DNA of 64,000 bases from Octopus vulgaris (taxonomy: Eukaryota): NCBI GenBank assembly GCA_951406725.2, contig OX597823.1, positions 87,668,001 to 87,732,000 of the forward strand, in the 5' to 3' direction. The translations under genes and the position numbers were made by a program. Below the pieces are notes generated by a model that was given only the letters and a program-made list of their open reading frames with translations, did not search any database and was not told the origin of the DNA. Shown here piece by piece: positions 1 through 14,409 of the stretch (position 1 is its first letter; the number at the start of each line of letters is the position of its first letter).

Positions 1-430
1 ATCGGAAAGGTTGGACCTTAAAGAATCTGAGGAGTCAGATGTCTAGCCATCATTTCAGTGTTTATATTCGATTGTTCATTGTTCCAAGATTGTAAGAGTC
101 TATTGTAGTCTATTGTAGAAACAACGTAGCACGTAGTTCAAAACCAGTATCATATCAAATATCCCACCCCGAACAAAAATTCCCGCCTCTTCGTAGCATA
201 GTCTGAACTGAAAGTATAATTAAATGAGAAAGTTGAATTAACGAATTACAGACGAATGGGACGAATCTTTAAAGCTGAAATATTATAATAGGCAATGATT
301 CACTAGACATCGCAGCTAGAGGATGCGGCTTCAACATAAGATAACAGAGGAGGTTTGGTGAATGGACGAGCATAGCCCGCGGAAAACACTAGGAATCTAC
401 TATCAGATATTTGAAGCCACTATTCCAAAG

Positions 431-731
431 TTGGTGGAGGCACATGGCCGAGTGATTAGAGCAGCGGACTCGCGGTCGAGGGATCGCGGGTTAGAATCTC
501 AGACCTGGCGATGTGTGTGTTTATGAGCGAAACACTTAAACTTCACGCGGCTCCGCCAGAAGGTAATGGCGAACTCTGACTTTTTCGCCACAAATTTATA
601 TCACTCTTTCCTCCTGCATCCTGCAGCTCACTTGCGATGGACCGGCGTCCCGTCCAGGTGGAGAACCTATACGCCAAGGAAACCGGTAAACCGGTCCTTA
701 TGAGCCAGACATGGCTCGAGAAGGAAATAAA
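431..731 (+). mobile_element. tRNA-derived SINE (family A)
   Basis: tRNA-like head with A-box TGGCCGAGTGA and B-box-like GGTTAGAATCTC; 9-bp TSD ATTCCAAAG at 422-430 and 732-740; inverted homolog at 2762-3047. Confidence 0.85.
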
Positions 732-1476
732 ATTCCAAAGCGGAAGTAGTTTGAAAATACCTGTCACGCAGAAATGAAGAGTTTGGTGACGTGAAATTGG
801 GAAAACCAAAATAGGCCTCAGTATCTTTCATGATAACAGGCTATCATCTCTACGGTTTCTCGTTGCTCTAATCACAGAACACGTAGAATTCAGAGATTTT
901 CCCCTCAAGATTCTCATTTCTCTTTCACTTCCATTCCTACTCCCTTATTTGACTAGTCTCATTCATCCATTACTATCGGTTTCCGTCTACAGATCACGTT
1001 CTTTAACCTTCTCCATCCGATGACAGTAAGATCTTCTAGTATGGAGGATGGAAACTTCTGCAGTCTTTCCTTCAACTTAATTCTGTCATAAATGATTATA
1101 ACATCACATAATATATATATTCAATACGCTGAAAAGAAACGAACTTTAAATATATGTACAAAGATTTACTTATAGAGAATGCGTAGTATATTAAAACCAA
1201 AGTAATGTCATTCATCAGAGTGCGATTAGGTATCATAAAAAAATACCTGTGAGAAAAAATGCCAATGAGAACTCTAACAACATTCTACATAAACTGCCTT
1301 TCCCCCAAAGAATTCAAGATTAATACAGAATACCACTGCTCTCAAACATTGAATAGTTCTATCCTTTTAACAATAAAGTCAAGAGTACATGTATATCAAT
1401 ATGACATTCCATAAATATTCATGTTTCCCAATTCACTTACATTCATACACCTGTGCTCTTACAGATTATATATAGG

Positions 1477-1489
1477 TATGTATGTGTGC

Positions 1490-1527
<38 letters not shown>

Positions 1528-1758
1528 GTGTGTGTGTGTGCGTGTGTGTGTGTGCGTGTATGTATGTATGTATGTATGTATGTATGTATGTATGTATGTA
1601 TGTATGTATGTATGTATGTATGTATGTATGTATGCAAGTATATATGCATGTATATTCTTAGAAATCAATATTCAGTAACGCACTTGCACCCAATTTTATT
1701 TTTATATGTATGTATATTTTATATTATGTCTGTATGTATCTACCTATTTATCAGTCTA

Positions 1759-1853
<95 letters not shown>

Positions 1854-1898
1854 GTCTATCTATCTATCTGTCTGTCCGTTTATATATCTATATATATA
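1477..1898. repeat. compound microsatellite (TA/TG/TATG/TC/TATC)n
   Basis: directly visible tandem repeats; they explain the [12 protein letters not shown] ORFs. Confidence 0.95.
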
Positions 1899-2339
1899 GT
1901 TGACACTTAAGAAAGTATAATCGTATATTATATGCAAATGTATATCATGAACACAGCAATGCCTTGATCTTTATAGCATGTATGTACCAAAACGTGTCTT
2001 TGTAAATTTTACATTACATATATGTAAAGATTGGGATTGCAAGCAAAAGTTATTTTTTTTTTGTTTTTTTGGAATGCATTGTGATGGTTAATGTTCAATG
2101 GAGTAGCGATATCAAACGTTTGGGAAAATGTACTCACTCACCTGTTTTTACCTTAAGTTATATTGAATAATTCCACAAAGGATAGCACTGATTAACCGAA
2201 AGTGGAAGGGTGTTGACGACGATGATAATGATGATGACGATGACAGCAGCCCCTGCAACGCAATAAATAATGGTAGCAAGGCCAATAATAATAAAGATAA
2301 CGAAAACAACAACAACAATAATAATTATTATTACTTCTT

Positions 2340-2740
2340 TAACAGAAACTAGTCTAGAAATTTTGGAGAAGTTGGCTAGTAGATTTGATCAATCCCTAAA
2401 CTTGACTGCGAGTTAATTTACCGAACCCCAAATGGATTAAAATCAAAGTCCATGTTGGAGGAATTTGAACTCAGAACGTTAACCTGGAAGAAGCGTCAAG
2501 CATCATGTTCGGCGTGCAAACCATTTTGCCATCTCACTGCCTTAACAATAAACATGTTAACGATAATATCAACAATAAATCAATAATATGCCTTTATAAT
2601 ATAGACAAAGGTCCTGAAATTTTAGAGAAGGGGATAAGCTCACTACTGTGACCCCAGTAGTTAACTAGTATTTATTTTATCGACCATGAAAGAATGAAAG
2701 GCAAATTAGATCGCAAAAGGAATTTGAACTCTCAGCCCTT
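2340..2740 (-). mobile_element. two decayed family C SINE copies
   Basis: match to the family C motif AAAGTC...GGAATTTGAACTCAGAACG. Confidence 0.65.
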
Positions 2741-2761
2741 CTACCAGCACGCTGCATTAAT

Positions 2762-3047
2762 TGTTTGTTCCTTCTCGAGCCACGCCTGGCTAATAAGGGT
2801 CTGTTTCCCGGTTTCTTTGGCGTATAAGTTCCCCGCCTGGACGGGACGCCGGTCCATCTCAACAGGAAAGAGTGAGAGAAAGTTGCAGCGAAAGAGTCAA
2901 CAGAAGTTCGCCACTACCTTGTGCTGGAGCCGCGTGGAGCTTAGATGTTTCGCTCATAAACACACACATCTCCCGGTCTGAGATTTGAACCCTCGATCAC
3001 TCGACCGCGAGTCCGTTGCTTTAACCACTGGGCCATGTGCCTCTGCC
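2762..3047 (-). mobile_element. tRNA-derived SINE (family A)
   Basis: reverse complement of 431-731; flanked by GCATTAAT direct repeats. Confidence 0.85.
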
Positions 3048-3296
3048 GCATTAATAATAACATATAATTGTTTCAAATTTTTGCACAAGGCCAACAATTT
3101 TAGGGAAATTGTAAGCGGTCACCTGACACTTATCTAATCGTCTCCGAAATTATGAAAAGTCGAATTCGGCGAAATTTGAACATAGAAAGTTAAGACGAGC
3201 GAAAATATACTATTAAGCATTCTATGCGGCATGCTGACGGTTCGGCCAGCTCGTCTCCTTAACATTACAATATAGTGATAGCAATAATTTCGGCAT

Positions 3297-3693
3297 AAAA
3301 TTTTCTATTCTGGGCACAAGGCCCGAAATTTGGGGGTGGGGGTGGCAGTCGATTAGATCGACCGCAGTACGCATCTGGTACTTAATTTATCAACCATGAA
3401 AGGATTAAAGACAAAGTCAAACTCAGTGGAATCGGAACTCCGAACGTAAAAACAGACAAAATACCTATTTCTTTACTACCCACAAGAGGCTAAACACAGA
3501 AGGGACAAACAAGGACAGACAATCGGATTGACTACATTGACCCTAGTGCGTAACTGGTCCTTAATTTATCGACCCCGAAAGGATGAAAGGCAAAGTCGAC
3601 CTCGGCGGAATTTGAACTCAGAACGTAACAGCAGACGAAATACGGCTACACATTTCGCCAGCCGTGCTAACGATTCTGCCAGCTCGCCGCCTT
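3297..3693 (-). mobile_element. dimeric family C SINE
   Basis: head AGGCGGCGAGCTGGCAGAATCGTTAGCAC on the minus strand, two body modules, 14-bp TSD AATAATTTCGGCAT at 3283-3296 and 3694-3707. Confidence 0.85.
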
Positions 3694-5387
3694 AATAATT
3701 TCGGCATGATACCAAAAATGTTGCGGAAGCGGGAATAGTTTCCAAGCAACCGCAGTAGCTGTTTGATACTTTATTTATCTGCTACAGTCTGGTAAAAAAA
3801 AAATGCTATATTTAGTTACCCAGGCTACTAATGCAGGCATTTCAATTTTGTCATTGGAATAAGGCCAGGCGTTTGTAACAAACCTTTAAAATCAATTTTA
3901 AATCGACCTTAGTGATTTGCATAGAAAATTTCTCTTCGAACTCCAAAGGATAAAATTTATTATCAGTCCATGTTTGAGATGTGTTTTTGCCGTCTTCAAT
4001 CTGTGTAAAATAAAGGGACGCAATCAAATATTACACCGACATTTATTTGTTTATTATGACGTTGGTTTCACTTTAGTAAAATTATACTAAAAATAGAGAG
4101 CAGGAAGAAGAGACATAAAAAATAATCAGATTGATGAGATTGAAGTGGAATAACAACAGTAATGAGAAAACTGTGAATTTAATTGCTCCGAATAATGAGA
4201 GACAATCCTACTTCACAGCTTTGAGAAATATCCATTACTATCCATGAAATAATAACGAACAAACCACGAACAATCTGCTGATGGATATGTGTGTACGCAA
4301 TGCATTAAACGATATTATCAATGTTGTTTTTGTTTTTTTGTTTTAGTTTTCTGTGTGGGGGTGGTTGTCTAATGTGTAAGTTTCGTACTGATGATTTTTT
4401 TCAGTTATTTTATGTATAACCTCACTAACATACAACAAATCAAATAAACACCATACAATTTTAGCTCGAAACAAAACAAAAAACGAAGCCAAATGAAATA
4501 AACCAAATGTTTCTATCTCTGACTAAAAAATGCATGCGTTGAGTTTTATACATTAAACAGCATAAACAAAAACGGAACTTTCGAAATTTTGCATTGTTAG
4601 GAAATGATAAACTCGTACCAGTAGAATAGATGAGAATCTAAATAAAGTACAATGTTTCTGGAATCTTGCTAATATAACAGAAAACAAACAAAACAGCGGA
4701 AGGAGATAAATATGTTTTCCATATTATTCGCATATTTAACAAGTACACAGTGCGTCAAAAACAAGACTCATTATAAATATGTAATAGCTGAAGGGAAAAA
4801 AGAATCTAGTTACCGTCTAGATGTAACTCTGGATACAAACAGTAAATCTAATTTAGGAAGATACAATATTAAAACGAAAGTATGTGGCACCTAGAAATAG
4901 AGCACTTGCGAATATAATACATACTGGATAATACTAACAATAAATAAAACCTAAACACTAAAATTATGAACAACGGTAATGTGAAAATTGTAAAAATCAA
5001 AACACACACACACGCACACACACACACATACACACAAACACACATGCACACAGACACGTGCATGCACACCCACATGCACACATGCATGCACGCACATATA
5101 CACACACACATGCATATATCACTTCGACAAAATTGGCGCCAGATAACATAGAGGTAAACAAAAAAGTAAATACGTACATATAATATCCGAAAATATTACT
5201 AAAATTAATGGATTCCATCTCAACTGCAAAATACTTGCGAAGAAAAACTGAATCAGAAAAATGTTTGAAAAAGAAATACGAAGAGAAATTTGGGAATGTG
5301 CTTGAAGTATGCATGACTTCGAATAGCATTCCATACAACAGCGCCTGTCTGTATTAATATATTTTATGCCATTATTTCACATGAGTT

Positions 5388-5790
5388 TAAGGCAGCAAGC
5401 TAGCAGAATCGTTCGCATACTGCTGAGCAGTATTTTCCCTGTCGCTACATTTTGAGAACAGTTTTCGTTGAGGTCGACCTGCCTTTCATCCTTTCGGGGG
5501 TCGATGAATTAAGCATCAGTGAAACACTGGGGTCTTGCGCCTTTAGTAGAAGGGAATATTTTACTTGAGTTACAGGCGAGAGCTGGCAAAATCGTAAGCA
5601 CGCTGGGTGAAATGCTTCGCGGCATTTCGTCTGTCTTTACATTTTGAGTTCAAATTCTGTGGAGGTGAGTATGCCTTTCATCCTTTCGGGGTCGATAAAT
5701 TGAGTACCAGTGAAAGAAAGGGGTTGATGCCACCGACTAATTCCCTACCACAAAATTTCAGGCCTTATGCCATTAGCAGAAAGGATTATT
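5388..5790 (+). mobile_element. two adjacent family C SINE copies
   Basis: GGCGAGAGCTGGCAAAATCG head and GCCTTTCATCCTTTCGGGGTCGAT core, each present twice. Confidence 0.75.
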
Positions 5791-6104
5791 TTTCGCTTCG
5801 GTGACAATCTACTTACGCAAATCTCTGTACACAAATTCGATCACTTCTCTTCCGCTAATTGTATATATATATATATTTACTCAAGGAATAGTTTCCGTAA
5901 AATATACTTTGTTGACACGGTTTAATAGTATCGAAGTGTACTCGTAGAGTTCACCTTGCCTGCTAACTGACAGAATCAAGAATTTAAAATGAGTTTCGGA
6001 ATTTGTGTTGCAAGATTTGGGAAAAAGAAAAAAAATGATAATTCCGAAATTCAAAAATGAATTTAAAATAATTCTATTCTAAAATTAGTAATTAAATCCT
6101 TATG

Positions 6105-6270
6105 AACAAGTGTGGCTGTGTGGTAACAACCTTGCTTCCAAACCGCATGTTTCTGAGTTCAGTTTCACTGCGTGGCACTTTCGGCACGTGTCTACTTCTA
6201 TAGCCTCGAGTGGACCAAATCCTTGTGGGTGGATTTGATAACTGAAAGAAGCCTTTCGTATATATATATG

Positions 6271-6330
<60 letters not shown>

Positions 6331-6541
6331 TATGTTTGCCCCCGCCCCAACCGCCGTTTGAGAACCGATGCTGGTGTGTTTACGTCATGGTAACTTAGCA
6401 GTTTGGTAAAATAGACCAATAGAAGTACAAGGCTTACAAATAATAAGTCCTGATGATGATTTCTTCGACAAGATATATTTTAAGGCGGTGTTCCAGTATG
6501 GTCGCAGTCAAACAACTGAAACAAGTAAAAGAATAAAAGAA
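6105..6541 (+). mobile_element. tRNA-derived CORE-like SINE (family B) with internal (TA)n
   Basis: GTGGCTGTGTGGTAA head, internal microsatellite, (GAATAAAA)n tail; homologous to 24608-25030. Confidence 0.85.
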
Positions 6542-6764
6542 AGTTTCAGTGAAAATCTCAAATAATTGTAGACACGTCTTTCCTACCTTTCAAATATTAC
6601 AAAGCAAATTTGAATTCAGTAAGAATATATTTTCACACGTCATGCACAAGAATGGTTTTATAATTTGTTTTAATTTCTGAGATATAATTCAATTACAATT
6701 GTCTTAATAGCAAGAAAGAATAGTTTGTATATCATAGAAGTGGAATTTTATGTTTTTGTGTGTA

Positions 6765-6813
<49 letters not shown>

Positions 6814-7619
6814 GTGTGTGTGGTGTGTGTGTGCGTGTGTGTGCGTGTTCTAATATCTGTTGTTGAGATTCAAGAAATTTTGAAGAAATTTCTAAGAGAG
6901 ATATTAGTAAAAATATCAGCCATGCGTAACAGTGGAAATGTCAGAAGACTGTAAATTTTTGAAGAAAACTATTTTCTTTTAATTGCTTTTAAAACAATTT
7001 AGCCTTACTTGAGTGGCGAATTTGATGATTCTTTTAATTGGACTGCTAAAAAGAACTCAAATTCTCAATTTCTATTAAGTTGTCGCTCCTGCCGTTACAA
7101 TTGTTTCAATAACTCTAGAGAGCTGGGAGACGGAATGATACAAGGGGCTGAGCATACTAGCACAAATCAAAAGTCTAGAAACATGGACACTGTAGGAAAC
7201 ACAATTATTTTAGGAGTCATTAATGATCCTCATAAGACCCAAGTTGACAGCTGTCGCATAAATGGATGTGCTCTGTGCGGAGGTGCACGCGTTTGTACGA
7301 ATATGTATGTGTATGCATATATATGGATATAGAAACTCGTACTTTTGAATGTATTTGGATATGTTATATAATATATAAATCTCTTTCCCGAATGCTTCAC
7401 TGAATTTCATGCTAAAGCAAATGACCTGTTCCCAGACAATAAACAAGCTCCATGACTGGAGTTTATCGAATAACAACAGCTTTTTGATAAATATTGGCTT
7501 CGAATATTGACTCAAGTTGGAGAGAGGTGGAAAGTAGAGTATAAGAGCTCAAAATATTTTTTATCGATTGCGGACGATATGTCGCTAAGCATTTCACACA
7601 AGGTGCAAACAATTCTGCT

Positions 7620-8072
7620 AACGCGCTAAGATGTTTTGTCTCAATTTTTGGAACAAGACTAGTAATTTGGGCAGAGTGTATACGCGGATTGGCTTGATTC
7701 TAGTGCTTAACTGGTAATCACTTTATCGACCGCAAGCAAATTGATAGCAAAGTCAAACTTGATGGACTTTGAGTACAGACCGTAAGGACAGACAAAATAA
7801 CGCCAAGTATTTTATTGCCGTGCTAACGATTCTGCCAGCTAGTGGATTATAGTGGATTGGTTTCAAATTTCGGCACAAGGCCAGCATGTTCGTTGCAGTG
7901 GGTAAGTCGATTATATTGACCCCAGTTCTCAAATGGTGCTTGTTTTATCGACCCCGAAAGGATGAAAGCAAAGTCGATCTCGTCGGAATTTGAACTCAGA
8001 ACCTAAAAACGGAAGAAATACCGCTAATCTTTTCACCAAGCTTGCCAAAGTTGCTGCCAATTCGCTGACTTA
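7620..8072 (-). mobile_element. two family C SINE copies
   Basis: ATCGACCCCGAAAGGATGAAAG...GGAATTTGAACTCAGAAC motif. Confidence 0.75.
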
Positions 8073-9924
8073 TAGGGGATTAAGATTTGACGGAATCAGA
8101 TGAATTAGACAAGAAAATGATAAAGGATGAAGATAAAATAATGTTTCTGCAACTGAAGTTGAATTCCAGTCTCTGTATCCTGGATTTCATGTCATTTCCC
8201 TTATGGTGAATTGTGTTGGCTTAATTCTTCATTCTTTTCTAAATCAAGTTCATATAATTATTATGAATGCTTGTGACAATCTGACAAGCAGAAAAATACG
8301 CCTATTTTTCAGAGATCAGAATTTAATCTATTAGGTTATGGTTAGTGGTTAGAGGTTATTCGTTTTATTTTGTCGATATATATTACGGAAATATATTTGA
8401 AATATATCAACATTGATTTCTTACTTATTGGTAATCAAGGCTGTATATGACTATTTAATTCCACTTATATTTCTTTAATCGCTCCTCGGTTTGAAGGCTT
8501 CTATTTCTAATGCAATCATATCTGTTCTGTGACATCAACTCATTAATTTTGACATTTTCTATACAAATGTTATCCAGCAATCACCTTTCACAAACTACCT
8601 TCAATTATGTTAAACATTATTCATTTATTGTCCTAGTGCGCATAAAAACATCTCTTTTGATTGTATTTTTGAAGTATAAGGATAAATGTTATTTTGAAAT
8701 TATTAAACGATCAAACTTGCACATATGTTTCGGTAGCAAACACATTAACACTATAGCTTCAGGTATTCTTTGAAACACGATCGTAGTTAGATAATTGTCA
8801 TCTCTATCTGGCAAAATCAATCTTAGAATATCATTTTGCCTATGTAATAACAAATGTTTCCCAAAGGCTGAAATAACATCCAAAGATGGTGCCCAGCAGT
8901 ACTACATGTATATGTTGAAGAACTTTTCAAATCCATTTATACTCCTTCTTTCATATCGAAATATAGAATAACTTCTAACACCGAAACTTAGTATATCTGT
9001 ATGCTTTAATGTGTGTGTTTGTGTGTCCTATTTGTGTGTGGCGCGCGTGTGCGTGTGTGAGCGATAGTTAACAATCCTACAAATTGAAGTTTTGATGAGA
9101 CAGCAACCATGTATTGCAAAAAAAACGAAAGCTCTTAATGTAATTCTTGAGATCATTTAACATCTTTTAGAAATAAATTTTCACGTGTATGTAAATAAAT
9201 ATATCCATTAGAAATAATGGTTCCATATTACGGGATAGTGAAACAGCGACAGTTGATAAATCTTAACTTACATTTCAAAATAGGCAGGAATTAGTAATTA
9301 CGGATTTTGAGTCAGTAAAGAAATGTCTATAAAATTCTACAAATAATAGCAATGAAATTTGAACAAATCACACTCTACAGATTAAAAATACAAGATGTCA
9401 CATATAAATATACTAAAGCATGACTCATTCGATGAACAAAGTTCAGTTTCGGTTTCCCTTGCAGAAACCAGAGCAGGCAGAAATTCCAATTAATCGTTTT
9501 TCTCTGCGTATTTTGTTGATTCGTCCGTCACAATTAAGGTATTAGCGACTGAGTGAATTACAAACTCAGCTAGACATTTCGCTTTTGGAAATTGCACATA
9601 TGTAATACGATTATATCTACAACCTGCACATGTGTGTCTTAACATCCATCTAAAACCTTGCAGCCATGAACATTATTCATATTTCTGAAAAATATATTGC
9701 GATATTTCTTCTGGCTGTTCTCTTTTCTTTTTTTGGCTCTGATTTCAAACTCGGCTCCAGTTAAATTTTTTCCACATCGAATTTTGTCAAAGGAAGTACC
9801 GTTTCGAGGTGATCGTTTCGAGGTGAAAGCAGTTTCGAGGTGATCGTTTTTACCACTCTCCAAAATTGGAAAATGGTTTTGCTTGTGTCTATCAAATGAC
9901 GAATGAATAGGAACATTTTAATAA

Positions 9925-10106
9925 CGGTCTCAAATTTTGGCATAAGGCCAGAAATTCCAAGGAAGAGGGTAAGTTGATTACATCGACTCCACTGTTGAAC
10001 TGGAACTTCATCGACCTCGAAACAAGGAGAGGCAAAGTTGATATTGATAGAATTTGAAATTCCCTAAGCGTTTTTCCGAGTGCTAAAGATTCCGCAGCTC
10101 GCCGCT
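9925..10106 (-). mobile_element. decayed family C SINE
   Basis: family C head and tail motifs. Confidence 0.65.
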
Positions 10107-12263
10107 TTGGACAAATAGGATAAAGCAATTAATTTTCATTACATTTTTTTGCTTTATCACAATCTTCTTTTGAATGGGAATCACAAAGACAAACTTTATT
10201 TTCAATAAATATTCATAGTTTTCCGTGAATATTATTAGCCCAGTTATATCAAGTGACTATATAAATCCAAGCCCATTTCTTATAGCTGACGAAGGGGATT
10301 TAGGATTATGAATTCTTAAAAATAGAAAGGCAAAGTGTAAAACATGGAATGGCCATGACTAGAAAGCCTTAGACGAGATGCTGCCATAGATGTCAGGGAA
10401 TAAAAATAACATCGGATTTCATGACGAATCAAATCCTTATTGTTTGTTTGTACCGTGTTGCACTTTCCTTTCACTGAACAAAATTTGTCTATTGGAAATT
10501 TTCTGAACACTAATATTAGAAAATCTACAATTACTTATGATATTTGTAATATTTCATTGAATTATCATATTGTATTAATACATTTCTTTTAATTTTTTTG
10601 TTATTTTTAGAAATTTGGAAAGATGAATGTGATTATATATTTTACATTGTTTAGTTATGGCACCATCTTTCGGATAATTATATATGTTAACAATGGTTTC
10701 CCGAATGCTTCAGTAGTTTTCCATCTCGCATCAATATTACATTTTATTATCTCTTGTATTTTTTATTTATCTCTTGTACAATCTTCATGACATTCTGCTT
10801 CAATTCTTATCTCGGTTTTCTATCAAATATTTTGGCTCTATTTTTAGCAATTTATAATGGGACACTTCATACTATCAGCCCAAATAACAAAAACACAAAT
10901 TTCATTTTTAGCTTAAAGAAGACAAATATAGATTACGGATAACAAAATACAAAATTATGGGAGGTATAGATCTTTCGAGCCCATCAAGCAGCACCAAAAA
11001 ACCTCGATAAATTTGATCATCTAGGGGATGATTCACGTCCTTATTTTCTTTCCCGGTCGAGAAGTGCATGTTCTGAGTGGGGCAATTTGCACATATTTTA
11101 TTCACTAATATTATTATTAAGTTTGAAAACTAAGACATCCAATGGATACAAGTTAATTTATTAATTAATTAGCATGTTCACCTAAATTTATTTCATTTCG
11201 CATACAATTTAAACTACAAAACCTATATAAATATATAATCTTGCATTTCAGAACACCTTGGTTGGAAATTCTATTTCTCTAGCCACACTATACCAGAAGG
11301 GAAACTCGAATGAAACTCAGCAACTAAATTTATATAGCTAAATACCGTTACATCCTTGAGATGAGTCCCAAAATGCTAATACAAAATACCCGAATGAAAA
11401 AATGTTTGCTGATACCTGAAATTATTATAAATGTGCTGAATGAAAAAGGTATATTTGCTAATCTGTGCAATTATACGGAATATTTATGTAAAACAAAAGT
11501 GGACGAAGGAGAGAGATGCAAATCTGTAGATATAGAATGCCGGAAATGAAGATACAAATTTTGCCTGTAGATTCAGGTCTATACATAAGCAAAACACTAA
11601 AAAATACACCCATACACATAACGTACGCAAATAACACTACTTAGCACTGTAGAGTAAAATTACCAAATCAAAACAATGTAGATGCGAAATGGTGTGCAGT
11701 GAAAAAACATGAGTGTACTGAAATTTGAAAAGAAAAACATGATGAGGATAATGGTGCCGACGACAGCTACTACGAAAGCGATGATGATGATGAATATGGT
11801 GATGATGATGATGATTATGATGATGATATAAGATGCAAAAATAAAAATAATAAAGAAAGAAATGAAAAACGTATATATGACTACTTGTACGTTTGGAACC
11901 AGGTGGAAATAAGTTAAGAACAAAATTGTTAAAATAAGAATTAGAGAAGTTATGAAAACAAAGCAAAACAATAACGAGGAAAAATACAAACAAGCAAAAT
12001 CGTTAACTACAACAGACAGATGGATGCATCATTACCGAAACCACCACATGTAAAACATAGTACAAGAGAAGCAACACAACCGTGATTGTTACATACAGAA
12101 CAGATGTTATCAATCAACGAAACAGGGAAGATACTATCGAAACAACTAATAAAATACTCAACTACAGACAAGACGGTACAGTGTATCGACGTTAGAAAGC
12201 GATGTAACAAACCAGAACAAAAAATGTCAGGAAAATGTATCCCTCATCAGAGCTCCACCGCCA

Positions 12264-12300
<37 letters not shown>

Positions 12301-12428
12301 CAGTAAATATGAAGCACCGGCAGCTGTATACCCGCAATTTCACATGAAGATACCTACGAAAACAGCATGCAGGGCAACCAAATTATTAATCGGGAGGCCG
12401 TCACAGGTAGTACGTGATAATAATAAAA

Positions 12429-12759
12429 AGGGTAAAGACCCCCTTCGGTCATGAATGACCATGGGATTGCACCTAGAAAGTTACCCTCCTAGACACAAGT
12501 CCGGGCAAGGTTGTTTATGGAAGGCCAGCAGTCGCCCATGCATACCAGCCTCCCCTCTCCACGACACCAGTGTTATCCAAGGGAAGACAAAGGTCGATAC
12601 AGCTTGGCACCAGTGACGTCGCAACTCATTTCTACAGCTGAGTGAACTGGAGCAACGTGAAATAAAGTGCCTTGCTCGAGAACACAACACACAGCCCGGT
12701 CCGGGATTCGAGCTCACAACCTCACGATCGTAAGCTCGACGCTCTAACCACTGAGCCAT
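12429..12759 (-). mobile_element. tRNA-derived CORE-like SINE
   Basis: minus strand ATGGCTCAGTGGTTAGAGCG...GAGCTCGAATCCC (A/B boxes), then CORE-like GAGCAAGGCACTTTATTTCAC. Confidence 0.85.
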
Positions 12760-12918
<159 letters not shown>

Positions 12919-14409
12919 CCTGTGTGTTATAGAAACAAGGCCTGAAAATTGGGGGAGGGGTGTAGTCAATTACATCGACCATGAAACGTTGAAAGGCAAA
13001 GTCGACCGCGGCGGAATTTGAACTAAGGACGTAAAATCGTATGAAATGCAGCCAAACTCGATGAACGTCGAAGTCAATAAAGGTGTTTTGGGTCAACCTA
13101 AAGATATTCTTATGATACACATGAAGCTGTATAAGAACAAAAGAACACTTTAATATAAGGCATTGCAATAATCCAATAGAATAACCAGAACGACCGTACG
13201 TGTTAGTATAAAAGAAAAGTCTATGTTTGATAATTATGCTGTCTAATCTGTCGGGAACCTGGAATCAAATGGATTGGAAATATGCTTTAAATATTATCGA
13301 TGCACCGAAAGGGAAATTTAGCTATCGAAAATAAACATTAGTGCACAAAGGCTAATTTATGTAAACTTACATTGACTTTTGTGGAAATAAAAGAGACATT
13401 TTGAATTGTTGGAAGTGTGTTATGAAGCATCTTGAAATAATGTAAACTTTTCAAGCTGTCTATGCTGTGTATGACACTTTCATTGCACGTCTTTTCGTGT
13501 GTTTTGTCACTCGTGCTCAATCAGCAATTTGACACAAATTTTACATTCAGGGCTCTGATTATGATAGCAAGATGATGATGTGGACCTACATATTGAGAGT
13601 TGGAAAAGGTCCACATGTCGTGTTGTCAAAATATCTACTATCGCCCACGTGACGGTGTTAAGGAAATATGAGTCAGGCACCTTGTGTTGTTGTTAAGCAA
13701 CAAGATGGGTAAGGGTGATTAGGTGATGGTCTAGGGCTAAGGGGCGGGAGACCCCAGGCCTTGCAAAAAGAAACTTTGGTCGTCTTGTAGTCAAGGGCCC
13801 TTCGTTGACGTCCGACACCACTGGGAGGTGGCCCACGAAGTCGCTGGAAATGGAGATCTCCAGGTCCAAATTCTTGAACGGCTGTTGTTGCTTCTGGTTC
13901 TGTTCGTCTCCCTCAATGTCCCAGACGATTTCCTCATTTCTCAAATACCTTTAATTTGAAACCGTGTGACCCTTTGTAATTCAGTTGTACCAACAGTTCC
14001 ATTTATATTTCTCAAGACCTGCCGATTCAGATGAATGATCTTCGTGGGTTCACAAAACATCCTTTGAGATGCTGCCCGAGAATACATCATTCCTCCCATT
14101 CATTATAAGCCCATAATCAGTGACAAAGGTGAGGGAATACTGAGAATTAACAGTTTATATCATTGTCAAGCCTCTGAATCTGACCATCACGTTCAATCCA
14201 TCTAAACTGCAGTACCACGAGTGTAAATGAGACCACGCGTGTAAGCTTTCAAATTAGTAAGCCTATTGGCGATCTTCAGTGTTTTGAAAACATATCTCTT
14301 TAAACTTAAGACAAGATAAAGTCAAAGTATTTGCCGTATGCTGAATGAAATATTCTATTCATCTGGTGGTGAACAAAAGTTTGGCTTGTCGAGTAATTTT
14401 TCCATAGTA

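Noticed and set aside
431-510. tRNA-like sequences here and at 12690-12759, 24608-24680 and 42415-42488
   Set aside because: They are SINE heads continuing into shared bodies and tails, not standalone tRNA genes
10280-10330. CTGACGAAGGGGA...TTCTT-AAAA
   Set aside because: Too degenerate to support a ribozyme call
12225-12256. CTGATGA-GGGA..TCCT-GACA on the minus strand
   Set aside because: GAAA box altered and no stem I or III; probably chance
13693-13944. 83-aa ORF in a GC-richer island
   Set aside because: No recognisable motif; probably an unidentified repeat fragment
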